Of a stretch of DNA of 64,000 nt, positions 28,039-40,745 are shown piece after piece. This DNA is from Eledone cirrhosa. Its lineage: Eukaryota. The DNA is taken from positions 114,328,001-114,392,000 of the forward strand of contig OZ024741.1 in NCBI GenBank assembly GCA_964016885.1, in the 5' to 3' direction. Position 1 is the first letter of the stretch, and each line of letters starts with the position of its first letter. The translations under genes were made by a program, and so were the position numbers. The notes under the pieces were generated by a model, which searched no databases, was not told where the DNA came from, and worked only from the letters and a program-made list of their open reading frames with translations.

Positions 28039-28806
28039 CTAGCATTAAAGCCCGGCGTTGCTCGGGGTCAGTAAGTTACCAAAGTTAGGTTGCACCACCC
28101 ATTTTATGGCAGCACTTTTTTGTCTGCCAGGCACTGGGTGAATGAATTGCAGACTTGGACTGCCGAAGCAGGAGCTGCGCGAGCAGTGACAATTGTAGTT
28201 TCGACTATGGATATTATCTCTGTGCACAGAAGTGTTGAAATTTATTGTTTCACAGTACTTGCGCAACACGCGCGTAGACGATGCCAGCCGAACAACAGAG
28301 CTGCGATGGAGTTGTTCTGCATGGTTGTCTAATGTGTGTTTTCTAAATTTAAGACAGTAGGGAGGGGTGTGATATGGGGGAGAGTTAGCTGCTGTTTCTA
28401 GTAGGTTTAGTGACCTCATAGAGGATATGTGTTTTCTAAATTTAAGACAGTAGGGAGTGGTGTAATATGGGGGAGAGTTAGCTGCTGTTTCTAGCAGGTT
28501 TAGTGACCTCATAGAGGATATGTTTTCTAAATTTAAGACAGTAGGGAGTGGTGTGATATGGGGGAGAGTTAGCTGCTGTTTCTAGCAGGTTTAGTGACAT
28601 CATAGAGGATATGTTTTCTAAATTTAAGACAGTAGGGAGTGGTGTGATATGGGGGAGAGTTAGCTGCTGTTTCTAGCTGGTTTAGTGACCTCATAGAGGA
28701 TATCTTTTCTAACTTTAAGACAGTAGGGAGGGGTGTGATATGGGGGAGAGTTAGCTGCTGTTCTAGCAGGTTTAGTGATCTCATAGAGGATATTATTGTG
28801 TATAGT
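28039..28806 (-). mobile_element. Non-autonomous Helitron carrying an internal 91-bp tandem array
   Basis: Minus-strand 3' end cccgagcaacgccggg hairpin + ctttaatg + CTAG|T; 5' boundary approximate. Confidence 0.65.
28339..28792. repeat. 91-bp tandem repeat x5
   Basis: Units start at about 28339, 28432, 28523, 28614 and 28705. Confidence 0.93.
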
Positions 28807-29302
28807 AAATAAACTGATACTTCTTTCTTCCACGTTCGTTGAGAGGTTTTAAAAAAAGATTTATCGCAATTTTTGTTGCTGTTGAATAATTGTTGTTTCG
28901 TATGAAATGTAATAAGTTCTCTTTGTCATTGAAGTAAATAAATGTTTGACCGTTCCACATTAAAAAAACAAACGTTCTCTCTCTCTCTCTCCCTCTCACT
29001 CTCTTCTCTCTCTCTTCGGCGTTCATAAAGGAAGTTTGTAAGCATGTATGTAGTTTTATCGAATTTGAAGGGGAGTAGAGAGATAAAATCAGATTGTATT
29101 AGAGGTATTTAGTTTTATCGATTATTTCCATAATTGTGGGTGAATTTGAATTAAATAAATAGTCGTTGACCTAAGTTAGACCATTTACAACATTCTTACA
29201 AACTTTGAATCGATTCGGTTTGAAATTGTGCAAATGTATAAACATGGAACATGCACACATACACACACAACAACAACAACAATCTGCCTTTTATAGATAA
29301 TG

Positions 29303-29380
<78 letters not shown>

Positions 29381-29385
<5 letters not shown>

Positions 29386-31947
29386 AAAAGAGAAAACACA
29401 GGTAAGCATTAAAAAAAGGAAGGATTTTATCCAGGTATTTACGACCGTTTCATTGGTAAGTCCTACCTTATATTGCTATACTGCAAATAGCAGCCACTCA
29501 ATAATAATTGCTGTTCACCTCCAAATTTTCAAAATAGTCAATAAGTTACTCTTAAAAGGTTCTTAATATATAAAAAGCATTTTTTGGGAATTGTATTTAC
29601 TAGTATAGAGAGAGAGGAAGGGGAAAAGAATTAGAAAGTAGAGTGACCAACGGAGATGGAGGGAGGGGTAAAGGTGGAAGGATTCCTCGATCAATTTTGA
29701 TTCGTAGACTTCATGTCGTCGATTTACAGTGTAGGGAGTTAAAGAGAATTAAATTGTTCATAGTGGGAGGGATGGAGACAGAGAGAGAGAGAGAGAGAGA
29801 GGGGGTGGGAGAGATAGAGAGATAAATATATATATATAAATAAAAATAAAAATAAAAATAAAAATAAAATAAAAAATAAAAATAAAGAAGGGGCGGGGGG
29901 AGAAAAAAGAAAAGAAAAGATAGCAAAAAAAGGGCGAGAAGAAGAGAAGAAAGCGAAAATAAGAGAAAAGGAATGAAGGAGGAGGGAGGGATATAGGTAT
30001 TGGTTATTGGGGGTAATTAAGGGGGTTAGATACAATAAGAGGGTAGAAAGTCTAAGTATATGCAGTTTGTCAGGTGGTAGTAAGAGGTTAAGGGTTCGAT
30101 TTGCACTTGTAGTGCGAAAACCTTTCTTTGAGTCTATGGTTACAATAGATTGACCTTTCGATTTTATTGTTGGGTAACTTATTCTTCGAACTCAAAATGT
30201 GGAACAGCTCGAGGTCACATAACCGACAGCTTCTCATACCACTCCGATATGGGGCGCGTTCGATAATTTTTTCTACTTCAGGGTGTATTGATGGTTACTT
30301 TCCCTCAGTTGCCAGGTCTTGTTCGCAAGGGTAGTTACATAACGACGCTGGGAATGTTTCATTGCGTACGGTGTGTATACCAACGAGCATTAAATGTATT
30401 CCCAGTCGCTCCGATGTAATACCATTTCTGGTTGTCTGATTCTACTGTGCATTGGTAAACCAGGTTAGACTGCATAATTCATTATGCAATGGACAGGTTT
30501 CAGGCAATTACAATTCTTGTCATGGGCAACTTTGGCATTATTGGTGGGCTGCGATGCCTGTACAAGATGATTATGAATATCAAATTCAAAAAGTGGAGGA
30601 ATAATAAACTCCAGAATGACATGAATACATTCCTAAAAAAGCTGCGAACTATCAATGGAATTATTGTCAAAGCGGACAAAACCTCAAATGTGTATACGAT
30701 GGATATTAATACATACAATAGTTTCGGAAGGAATTTCCTAGGAAATACAAAAAAACTAACGAGACGGCATTGATAAACATCTACAACGAGGCACACAATA
30801 TAGTCAAACACCTAGGAATAGAGGATATAACGGAGCCACTTAGGCCATGTACCCCCACATTTAATCATCTCAAGGACCATACAGTAAATTTTGACTATAA
30901 TCCCACAATTAGACTTATATGCTCGTCCAAATCGGACATTGGGAAAATTAGTAAACATATATTAGACAGAGTGATAGCACAAATAAATAATAAACTAGTG
31001 ATTAAACTATAGGGTAACACTACCGAAACAATTAATTGGTTTAACAATATAGCTAACAAAAAAGTATATAAGTTTATACAATTTGACATCAACGACTATT
31101 ACTCCTCTATATCACCCAATACCTTGGATAAAGCCATAGCATTCGTCAAAGCCAATTCTGACCTAACAGACGACGAGATAAAAATTACATTAGCTGCTAG
31201 GAAAACAATAATTAAATTTGAAAACGCCTATTGGGAACGTAAGGATAGATTAAATAACTTTGACATCACGATGGGGGCTAATGACTCGGCTCAAGTCACA
31301 GATTTAGTAGGTATTTACATAGCCCATAATTTACAGAGGGAATTTAGCGACCTTCACGGTGGAATCTACAGAGACGACGCCCTTCTCCTAGTTAAGAACC
31401 TAAATAACCAAAGCATAGAAAGACTACGTAAGAATATTAGAAAGACTCTCGGGAAACTAGGCCTTAGCATAACGTATGAATATAGAAATAAAATAGTTAA
31501 CTTTCTAGACGCGACGCTTAACCTAAATACGGGACTTATAAGACATTTTCACAAGATTAATGAAAACTTAGCATACATCAACTGTAATTCGAACCACCCA
31601 CTATCCATAATTAAATCCGTTCTACGCAGCATATCCCTTAGGATCTCCCGCCTCTCGTCTAACCAACGAATCTTCGAGGAACACGCGGAGTACTACAATA
31701 CCGCACTAGACAAGGCAGGCCACTCAATGTTGCACTTACCAATGAAACGGTCGTAAATACCTGGATAAAATCCTTCCTTTTTTTAATGCTTACCTGTGTT
31801 TTCTCTTTTATTCTTTATTCTCCAAGATTGAACGTGATTCTTACAAACTTGTGGGGTTACCCCTAACCGTATGTTGAAACCGTCCATGAAACTGGCTTTC
31901 TTAACCACGAACTGGATTACAATAAGCAATTTTCTGCTTCCCCAACT
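29381..31947. mobile_element. Penelope-like element with inverted structure: 3' end plus GIY-YIG on minus (29381-30475), RT plus partial terminal repeat on plus (30476-31947)
   Basis: Minus: SNLVYQCTVES..YYIGATGNTFK; plus: IVKADKT, QFDINDYYSSI, ITMGANDSAQ, IYRDDAL, VNFLDATL; (TA)n at both ends. Confidence 0.88.
29436..29536 (-). ncRNA. Hammerhead ribozyme, UUGAAAA core variant
   Basis: tatt-TTGAAAA-tttggaggt...acttaccaat-GAAA-cggtcg-TA-aata. Confidence 0.6.
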
Positions 31948-31976
31948 ATATATATATATATATATATATATAAATA

Positions 31977-32582
31977 TAAATATAAAATCAAGGTCTAGCA
32001 AATAGAGAAAAAGTTTTAAAATAAATAAAAAAAAATTCGCTGTACTTACTATATGTGCCTTTACCGCAGTTTCATGCTCCAGAATAAACGGAAAATCCAA
32101 GCGGATTTCCATTGAGAAGAGAGTAATCTTCAGAAGGCTCTTCTCCCTCGGAGAATATAAAATTCCCGAGTTCAAATCACAAACTGACGCCATACAAAAC
32201 CATTCCCAAATGAGAGCGGATGATGAAATAAATAATTCTGTCTGGTGATGTGTGCAAAGACAAAAGGTAGGGTGGACAGGCCAATGTCCTGCCACTAGAA
32301 ATAGCAGCAGTCCAAACGGCCAAAATTTTATCTCTACCTTAGGGGAAGATCAATAATAATAAAGTATGAATTCCTACGTGTAAAAAATACATATGGGGAA
32401 ACAAGTATCATCTAACCGTACGCCAATGTGGTTCTATGACGGGTTAATAAATTAACAAGCCAGAATATATAAAATCAAGGTCTAGCAAATAGAGAAAAAG
32501 TTTCAAAATAAATTTTTAAAAATTCGCTGTACTTACTATATGTGCCTTTACCGCGGTTTCATGCTCCAGAATAAACGGAAAA
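31977..32582 (-). mobile_element. Non-coding, terminally redundant HHR unit (period ~487 bp), retrozyme-like
   Basis: 31981-32095 is repeated at 32468-32582; HHR inside; TA-rich flanks. Confidence 0.6.
32057..32138 (-). ncRNA. Hammerhead ribozyme
   Basis: gcctt-CTGAAGA-ttactc...ggagcat-GAAA-ctgcgg-TA-aaggc (ccgcgg in the repeat copy); stem II imperfect. Confidence 0.65.
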
Positions 32583-32715
32583 ATATAGTAATATTTATAT
32601 TTATATTTATATATGTTTGATATAACTATAAATATGTAGGGTAGCACTAAGTACTAGCCGGTTACCGGTATGACAAAAGGCTCAATGCAAATTTTCAACT
32701 GTTTTACAGAGCCGA

Positions 32716-33632
32716 GATACAAAGTGTTAAAACGATCAAATTTTAGTTTAGAACATTTATTAGCTGACAATTGTTTCTTCCCTTCCAGAGAGAAGTCTGG
32801 AATCATCGGGGCATAAGGAATGTCGAAAACGTGTAACTAGAAAAATTAAGTAACCTAACGGTTTCCCAACAGCTTAATAAAGGTTAATACAAACCTTAGA
32901 AAAGATAATTTACTGATAAAAAATGCATAAGATAATATACCTTCAATAACAACATGGCCAGTAATTCGGAGGAATTTACATTTAACAAACAAACACCTAT
33001 TGACTATAAACGACTTAAAATAATCCCATGGTTAATAGCTGTGAGTAACAAACAACACATGCACATAAATACGAACTACAACACAAAAACACTTAAATGA
33101 AAATCACATACCGAACTCTATCTAATGCTTTACATTACACCTTACATAAAAAATACCTACATTATCACCACATGCCTCTCTAACAAATTGCACACTATCT
33201 TAAATGTTTATAACAAATATAACATGCTTTAACAAAATATGTTTATTCCAACTGCATTATAACTCTTTCCTCATACATGCATTATTAACTGTATTGACTC
33301 CTGCATTGTACACCAATTGTCCTTGCTTATAACTTCTTTCCCTATTTTTTTTTTTGCTTGTGATTTTTACTTTTACTTATACCTATTACACTTTCAAACA
33401 GTGCTGCCTGTAATTGTGTTATTTCAAGCGCAACATCTTTTTAACTCCTGAATCTCCACATGAAGCCTTTGACACTAATAAAAACTATGTACCCTAAATT
33501 TTCTAAATGACTAGGATTCTAATAACACGTTCTCGACATTCCTTATGCTCCGATGATTCTAGACTTCCCTCTGGAAGAAACTATTGTCAGCTAATAAATG
33601 TTCTAAACTAAAATTTGATCGTTTTAACACTT

Positions 33633-33637
<5 letters not shown>
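32716..33637 (+). mobile_element. Truncated PLE-type insertion with ~125-bp inverted terminal repeats
   Basis: 32716-32843 is the reverse complement of 33517-33637; HHR in both arms; ends in (TA)n. Confidence 0.7.
33547..33591 (+). ncRNA. Hammerhead ribozyme, CCGAUGA core (mirror copy 32763-32812 on minus has a 5-nt insertion)
   Basis: gct-CCGATGA-ttctaga-cttccc-tctggaa-GAAA-ctattg-TC-agc. Confidence 0.7.
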
Positions 33638-33680
<43 letters not shown>

Positions 33681-33683
<3 letters not shown>

Positions 33684-33925
33684 GGAAAAAATGAAATTTA
33701 ATTTCTCACTCTTAGTACGGCTGATACTTAAATATAAGTATGCATACGTACATATATGTATACTGGCGTACAGTAGTATGTATATACATTCATACATGCA
33801 TACATGTATATACACGTATGGGTTTACCGAACATTTATTATAATGCCCGGTTTGTTTGTAAACAAACAGCCCGAATTAAGCCGTACAGTATTCGGCAACC
33901 ATCGTTGTCCTTTTGTTCAACACTA
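33681..33925 (-). repeat. Partial diverged copy of the 419-bp HHR unit at 60440-60888
   Basis: Reverse-complement similarity to 60640-60888; next to (TA)n. Confidence 0.7.
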
Positions 33926-34397
33926 TATATTCCCATATTATTCAATTGGTTACATTTTATTGATTAGATAATCCACTGACTTTTAATTAATTAATTAATT
34001 AATTATAAAGGCTAGGAGATAATAATAACAGTGAGTATATTCGAAGTTGCAGCGACGATTAGCAGTTACGAAATCGATTTTCTGGGGCTGGCATGAATCA
34101 CTCAATGAGATGATATCGATAAATCCATAAATTATAGCTCAGAGTAAAAACAATAGGTTAGGTGTGTGACGCAGTGAAAATTGCGACCGGTGGCGAGTTG
34201 CCACCTTGAGACTACATTAACGAAAATACAAGTTAACGAGACTAAAGGTTAAAGACGAACCTGGACTTGATCGATAGATATTATATAATTATCTTCGATT
34301 GGTTTCTGGGAAACCCCAAGCTACATTCCAAGTTGCGTAACATGCAAGCCAGTAATATGTCCTATCCTAAGATGGAACGGAACGAGGATATCCCTTT

Positions 34398-34441
<44 letters not shown>

Positions 34442-34448
<7 letters not shown>

Positions 34449-35171
34449 AACAATACAATATAATTACCTCATTACCAGAGGTTTCCCGAATAAGACGAAT
34501 ACGAAAAACGTCCTCATTCGTTCATCGGACGAGGCAATTTAAAACATAGTGAAATATTTGAAAAATCTCCCCAAGAAAGGCAAGAGTTTAACGGGCAAAA
34601 AAAAAAAAGCAAGAGATATATAAAAATAAGGAAATATAGTTAGGGTATGTGTATAAATGTGAATATATTCACTCACAAATGTACATATGTGTGTATGTAC
34701 AAATGCATGTGTATAGTGAAAATGTGTGCGTAAGTACATATATGAGGGCAAGCATAATAGTGTATGTGTGACCACAAATACGTATATAATATAAGTTGAA
34801 AAAGGAATTGTAAGATAATGTACATCCAGATTTAGGTATTAAATATATACACATACAAGTATAAAAGCACGCGTATAAACACACACACACGCGCGATCAT
34901 TTATATGCGGAAGATAAAAAGGGAAGGGAGTGTATTAGTCAAAAAGAGTGTCATATTCGATACATATAAAAATGAAACAATATATGAGAAAGAAAAAAAT
35001 TTTGTTTAAATCAAAGAGAAAGTAAGTGGGAGGGGTTATCAATTATAAATTAACACTTGAGAAAAAGAAAACAAACATAGGTTCGCATATACCACATATA
35101 CATATACAAATATATATATATGAATACGTACAGGCAAAAGCGCATGCATACGTACATACATACACACGAAG

Positions 35172-35205
<34 letters not shown>

Positions 35206-38163
35206 GGCACACGTATATCTAAGCACACGTACGTACGCGTCTATATATATACATATATGCATACACACACATACATACATATACATATATATATACACAT
35301 ACTTATACACATACATTCACCTACATACACACACTCGTATAAATATACATATAAAAACACACATCCTCACACATATAGACACACACACGCACACATACGC
35401 AGGCGCTTGCACACTCACACGCATAGACACAAATTATAGACCAGCCATATGAAAAAAATACAAATATAAAAAAAAAAGGGATGCGAAACAACAGAATATA
35501 TCTGGAGTTGAAAACGCAAGTGACATGTGATATCAGGTAGTGAAAGAAAATGGGGAAGTAAAGTGTGGAATGTGAAGATATTAGGTAAGTGCATCAACAA
35601 GTAGGGGGGGGGGGGGTCACTGGTGGATGTGAAGTGAAAATAAAAATAAAAATGAAAATAAAGTTAAAAATGAAAGTAAATCAGAAAGAGAAATCTGTAA
35701 AGAGCATAATTTAAGGAAAGTGAAGAACAAGAGTTTATGGAGGATAAGTATCTGAAAGTGAGTTAAGTTTATATGAGCTGGAAAGCAAGTGTGATTTCAC
35801 GTGTGGGCAACTGGTGAACATTTCTGTTTTTGTATTTAGGCAGGTTTTGGGTGATTTAAGGTTCTGTAAAATCCAATATTTTTCACTTATGCAGAGTGTG
35901 CATCTTCTTGTTCCTCTTGCATATTCTTTAGATTGTTTCAAAATTGACCAATCCAATTTTTATTGGATACCTTGGTCTTTCAAATCCCATATTCTGCTAG
36001 CCAGAGCTGTTGTAAATCTTTTTTCTGGATGTCGGAAAGATGCGACATGTGAGTAATAACGCGTTTTGAATTTGTCTTGTGTCATACCCACATATCGTTC
36101 GCTGATAGCTGGTAGGTTGTTGCTGATGGTTGTCACTTTAGCCGCATATACAATGGCTTTGGTGTTGCATTTACCTTGTAATGGGCATTCACTTTTGACT
36201 CTACAGGAGCAATTTTGATGTTCTCTGGGTGTTTTCTTATTGATGATATAAGATTTAATAGGGGGATCGCACAAGTAGCTAATTTTGACACAGTTTCTAT
36301 TGAAGATCTTATAGTATCTGTGTTCTAGCGAAATGTTTATCTAAGAGCTCTAGGAATTTTTTGCCTACATTAGTTTCAACTGCTAGAGAGTAGGAGGTGT
36401 GAACCAGATTATTTTTCTTTTCCTATTATTATGTTTAAAGGAGTTAGTATTATTGGGTATGTACTTAATTAACACGGTAAATGCAACACCAAAGCCATTG
36501 CATATGCGGCTAAAGTGACAACCATCAGCAACAACCTACCAGCTATCAGCGAACGATATGTGGGTATGACACAAGACAAATTCAAAACGCGTTATTACTC
36601 ACATGTCGCATCTTTCCGACATCCAGAAAAAAGATTTACAACAGCTCTGGCTAGCAGAATATGGGATTTGAAAGACCAAGGTATCCAATAAAAATTGGAT
36701 TGGTCAATTTTGAAGCAATCCAAAGAATATGCAAGAGGAACAAGAAGATGCACACTCTGCATAAGTGAAAAATATTGGATTTTACAGAACCATTAATCAC
36801 CAAAAACCTGCCTAAATACAAAAACAGAAATTTTCACCAGTTGCCCACACATGAAATCACACTTGCTTTCCAGCTCATATAAACTTAACTCACTTTCAGA
36901 TCCTCCATAAACTCTTGTTCTTCACTTTCCTTAAATTATGCTCTTTACAGATTTCTCTTTCTGATTTACTTTCATTTTTAACTTTATTTTCATTTTTATT
37001 TTTATTTTCACTTCACATCCACCAGTGACCCCCCCCTACTTGTTGATTCACTTATCTAATATCTTCACATTCCACACTTTACTTCCCCATTTTCTTTCAC
37101 TACCTGATACCACATGTCACTTGCGTTTTCAACTCCAGATATATTCTGTTGTTTCGCAGCCACTTTTATATTTGTATTATTTTCATATGGCTCGTTTATA
37201 ATTTGTATCTATGCGTGTGAGTGTGCAAGCGCCTCCGTATGTGTGCGTGTGTGTGTCTATATGTGTGAGCATGTGTGTTTTTATATTTATATTTATACGA
37301 GTGTGTGTATGTAGGTGAATGTATGTGTATAAGTATGTGTATATATATATGTATATGTATATGTATATGTATGTATGTGTGTGTATGCATATATGTATAT
37401 ATATAGACGCGTACGTACGTGTGCATAAATAAACGTGTGCCGATATATATATATATGTGTGCTTCGTGTGTATGTATGTACGTATGCATGCGCTTTTGCC
37501 TGTACGTATTCATATATATATATTTGTATATGTATATGTGCGTACGTGCGAACCTATGTTTGTTTTCTTTTTCTCTAGTGTTAATTTATAATTGATAACC
37601 CCTCCCACTTACTTTCTCTTTGATTTAAACAAAATATTTTTCGTTCTCATTTTTATATGTATCGAATATGACACTCTTTTTGACTAATACACTCCCTTCC
37701 CTTTTTATCTTCCGCATATAAATGATGGCGGGTGTGTGTGTTTATAAGCGTGCTTTCATACTTGTATGTGTATATATTTAATATCTATATCTGGATGTAC
37801 ATTATCTTACAATTCCTTTTTCAACTTATATTATATACGTATTTGTGGTCACACATACACTATTATGCTTGCCCTCACATATGTACTTACGCACACATTT
37901 TCACTATACACATGCATTTGTAGATACACACACATGTACATTTGTGAGTGAATATATACACATTTATACACATACCCTAACTATATTTCCTTATTTTTAT
38001 ATATCTCTTGCTTTATTTATTTTTTTTTTTTTGCGGAGATTTTTCAAATATTTCACTATGTTTTAAATTGCCTCGTCCGATGAACGAATGAGGACGTTTT
38101 TCGTATTCGTCTTATTCGGGAAACCTCTGGTAATGAGGTAATTATATTGTATTGTTTATTATA
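34442..38163. mobile_element. Penelope-like element forming a large inverted repeat (arms 34442-36175 and 36476-38163) with GIY-YIG in both arms
   Basis: NCSCRVKSECPLQGKC..IVYAAKV..YVGMTQDKFKTRYYSH..ALASRIWDLK..CTLCISEK; arms nearly identical. Confidence 0.9.
38071..38138 (+). ncRNA. Hammerhead ribozyme, CCGAUGA core (mirror copy 34467-34534 on minus)
   Basis: cctcgt-CCGATGA-acgaatgaggacg...cgtcttattcgg-GAAA-cctctgg-TA-atgagg. Confidence 0.72.
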
Positions 38164-38293
38164 CATTAAATTTAGCTCTGGTACTTACATAGAGCACTCT
38201 TCACTCCTATGACTTTTTCAATCTTCAACGGAAACTTCAATACTTATATATATATCAAGTAAGTATGTTTTGAAACAGTGAGCAGGTTTGAAC

Positions 38294-38390
38294 TAGAAAA
38301 CAGAATAGCTTTCACCGTATTTTTGACTAAAGGAATTTTATCAGCCTAAAATTCCTTTAGTCAAAAATATGGTGAAAGTTATTCTATTTT

Positions 38391-38392
<2 letters not shown>
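38294..38392. repeat. ~100-bp imperfect palindrome
   Basis: agaatagctttcaccgtatttttgactaaaggaatttta / taaaattcctttagtcaaaaatatggtgaaagttattct. Confidence 0.85.
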
Positions 38393-38450
<58 letters not shown>

Positions 38451-38457
<7 letters not shown>

Positions 38458-38805
38458 AAAAAGAGATGAAATCGAAAATGCAACTGGAGTCTTATTTTAA
38501 AAATATATATATATATTTATTTGGTTCCTTTACCGGTTTCGCAGTTCTTCTGCTTTTCAAAAGGTGAGTTGAGATGGAGGGTCTGTGGTTTTTCTCACAT
38601 CTGTGAGAAAAACCACAGACCCTCCATCTCAACTCACCTTTTGAAAAGCAGAAGAACTGCGAAACCGGTAAAGGAACCAAATAAATATATATATATATTT
38701 TTAAAATAAGACTCCAGTTGCATTTTCGATTTCATCTCTTTTTCTTTATACTTTCACTCGTGTAGGACACCTCGGTTATTTTTCATTTTGTAAAAAAAAC
38801 CTCAC

Positions 38806-38812
<7 letters not shown>
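38451..38812. mobile_element. 300-bp near-perfect palindrome (38451-38750) of a PLE-type terminal repeat plus tail, within (TA)n
   Basis: Arms mirror around 38600/38601; related copies at 38863-38945 and 48874-49140. Confidence 0.85.
38637..38674 (+). ncRNA. 38-nt minimal hammerhead, UUGAAAA core (mirror copy 38527-38564 on minus)
   Basis: cctt-TTGAAAA-gcag-aagaa-ctgc-GAAA-ccgg-TA-aagg. Confidence 0.75.
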
Positions 38813-38870
<58 letters not shown>

Positions 38871-39243
38871 GAAAAAGAGATGAAATCGAAAATGCAACTG
38901 AAGTCTTATTTTTAAAAAAAAATATATATATTTATTTGGTTCCTTTTTTTTTTTTTTCACTGAGTGGACATCTCGTAGATTGGGTTCTAACGGTTGTTAA
39001 AGCTTTTGGAGCATTGCTGTTTCAATGGTTTCGATTAGCTTAGTTAATACTGGAGTAATATTCATCTCTTGGGTATTTTCTGTTTCTCCGTGGGGTCCTT
39101 TTTTATAGATGTGTATTTGGTCCACTTTGTTGGTCAAAATTGAGAGTTTAGAGGAAATCTCTTTGAGTTCATTTAAGATGTCCTGGTTCAGTGAGTTGTT
39201 GTTTTGTTGAGACTTTGGTGGCATTTTCGGTCTTCGTGTGGTG

Positions 39244-39294
<51 letters not shown>

Positions 39295-39306
39295 CCAATA
39301 AATTTG

Positions 39307-39340
<34 letters not shown>

Positions 39341-39352
39341 CCAATAAATTTG

Positions 39353-39392
<40 letters not shown>

Positions 39393-40745
39393 CGTGTAAT
39401 TGACCATTAGTTCTGCTTAACTTAACTTAGGCACTGAATTGTTAGAATTGTTAGAACGACGGATAGAATATTTTGCGGCCTATATTACGGCTATCTGTCC
39501 TCTGAGATCAGATCCTACCCCGATCAAATTTGCTCCTACGAATGGCAGTGTTTTTGGAGAGAAAATAACTTCCAATGCTCAAGTATTTCTTCAGTGGTTG
39601 GTGACGTAATTCGTTGCGAGGTTTAATACATTCATCTGGTCCATGGATGTTTTTAGCAGTCGACTCTGTTATAATAGGTTTAAGTATCTAATCACAAGAC
39701 AGTGCTATCTTGATGCGCTTCTTCCTCACTGCACCACAAAGACTGTTGAGCTGCGTTCCCATTTCACCTCCACATCTTAAAAAAATTCATAAATGTTGCC
39801 TTTCTTCAATTAACTAATTCATAAAAAAACCCCAAACAAATACGAATCATATTACCTCACAAACTATATGGATACTCAGGAATTGTGAATGATTCATATT
39901 TTGATATGAGTATGCGTCAGTCATTTTTAAAGTCATATTTGCTGTTGGAATGGACTGAAGACGTCAAAGTTGTGTTGACGTATTTGGATTTTAATTACTA
40001 AAGCCTCAAATATCAACCTTCCAAGTCAAAGGATGCGTGACTAGATGTATCTTCAAAAAAAAAAAAAAAATGCCTGTTTCAAATAAAGTACTTTCATGAA
40101 ATGTTTATTAAAATCCAAGAATGTCTTCTGTTGATATGTAACCATAGAATTATTATCGAGGAAATGTTATTTTTATTAAAATCAATATTTGTATATTAAA
40201 TGTTTCATATAAAGTCAGTGCTTTGATATGAGGTCACGAAGATGGTGACAGAAGAGAGGGAGAGAGAGAGAAATAAAGGAAGAGTATGAAATATGAAAAA
40301 GAAAGACAAGAGGGAAGGACAGAGGATAAATGTTAACAGTGTGTGTATATACATGCACACACACACACATGCACACACACACACATACACACACAGATAC
40401 ACATATATATGATTATGTGTTTATATGTATGTGTTAAGTCGCTTGTGATCTGACACACAATTAAACACAAACACTGGTAACATGCGACATAGTATACCTG
40501 TTGCATAGTAGAGTCGTCGGTAAGAAAAACGGTATCCCTCTTCCCAATAAAGCTGAAGAAAAACAATGCCTATTGAAATGGATCCAGCATAGAATCGGCG
40601 TCTATCTAGCAACGACGCACGACAGAGAGCATGCGATGGTGACTCCTAAATGAAACCCTGGACACTCTACGAGTTGGATGTCTTCAAAGTATCTCCACCA
40701 TGGCTTTAGTTAGTTTAATGCGCCACATTACAATAATAATTGTTA

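Noticed and set aside
28339-28792. Possible CRISPR array (also 22151-22230)
   Set aside because: Units are contiguous with no unique spacers, there are no cas genes, and the context is eukaryotic
38492-38709. Twin 62-aa ORFs on opposite strands
   Set aside because: Consequence of the DNA palindrome
39951-39990. CTGAAGA followed by hairpin cgtcaa/ttgacg
   Set aside because: No GAAA, stem III or stem I partner; at most a remnant
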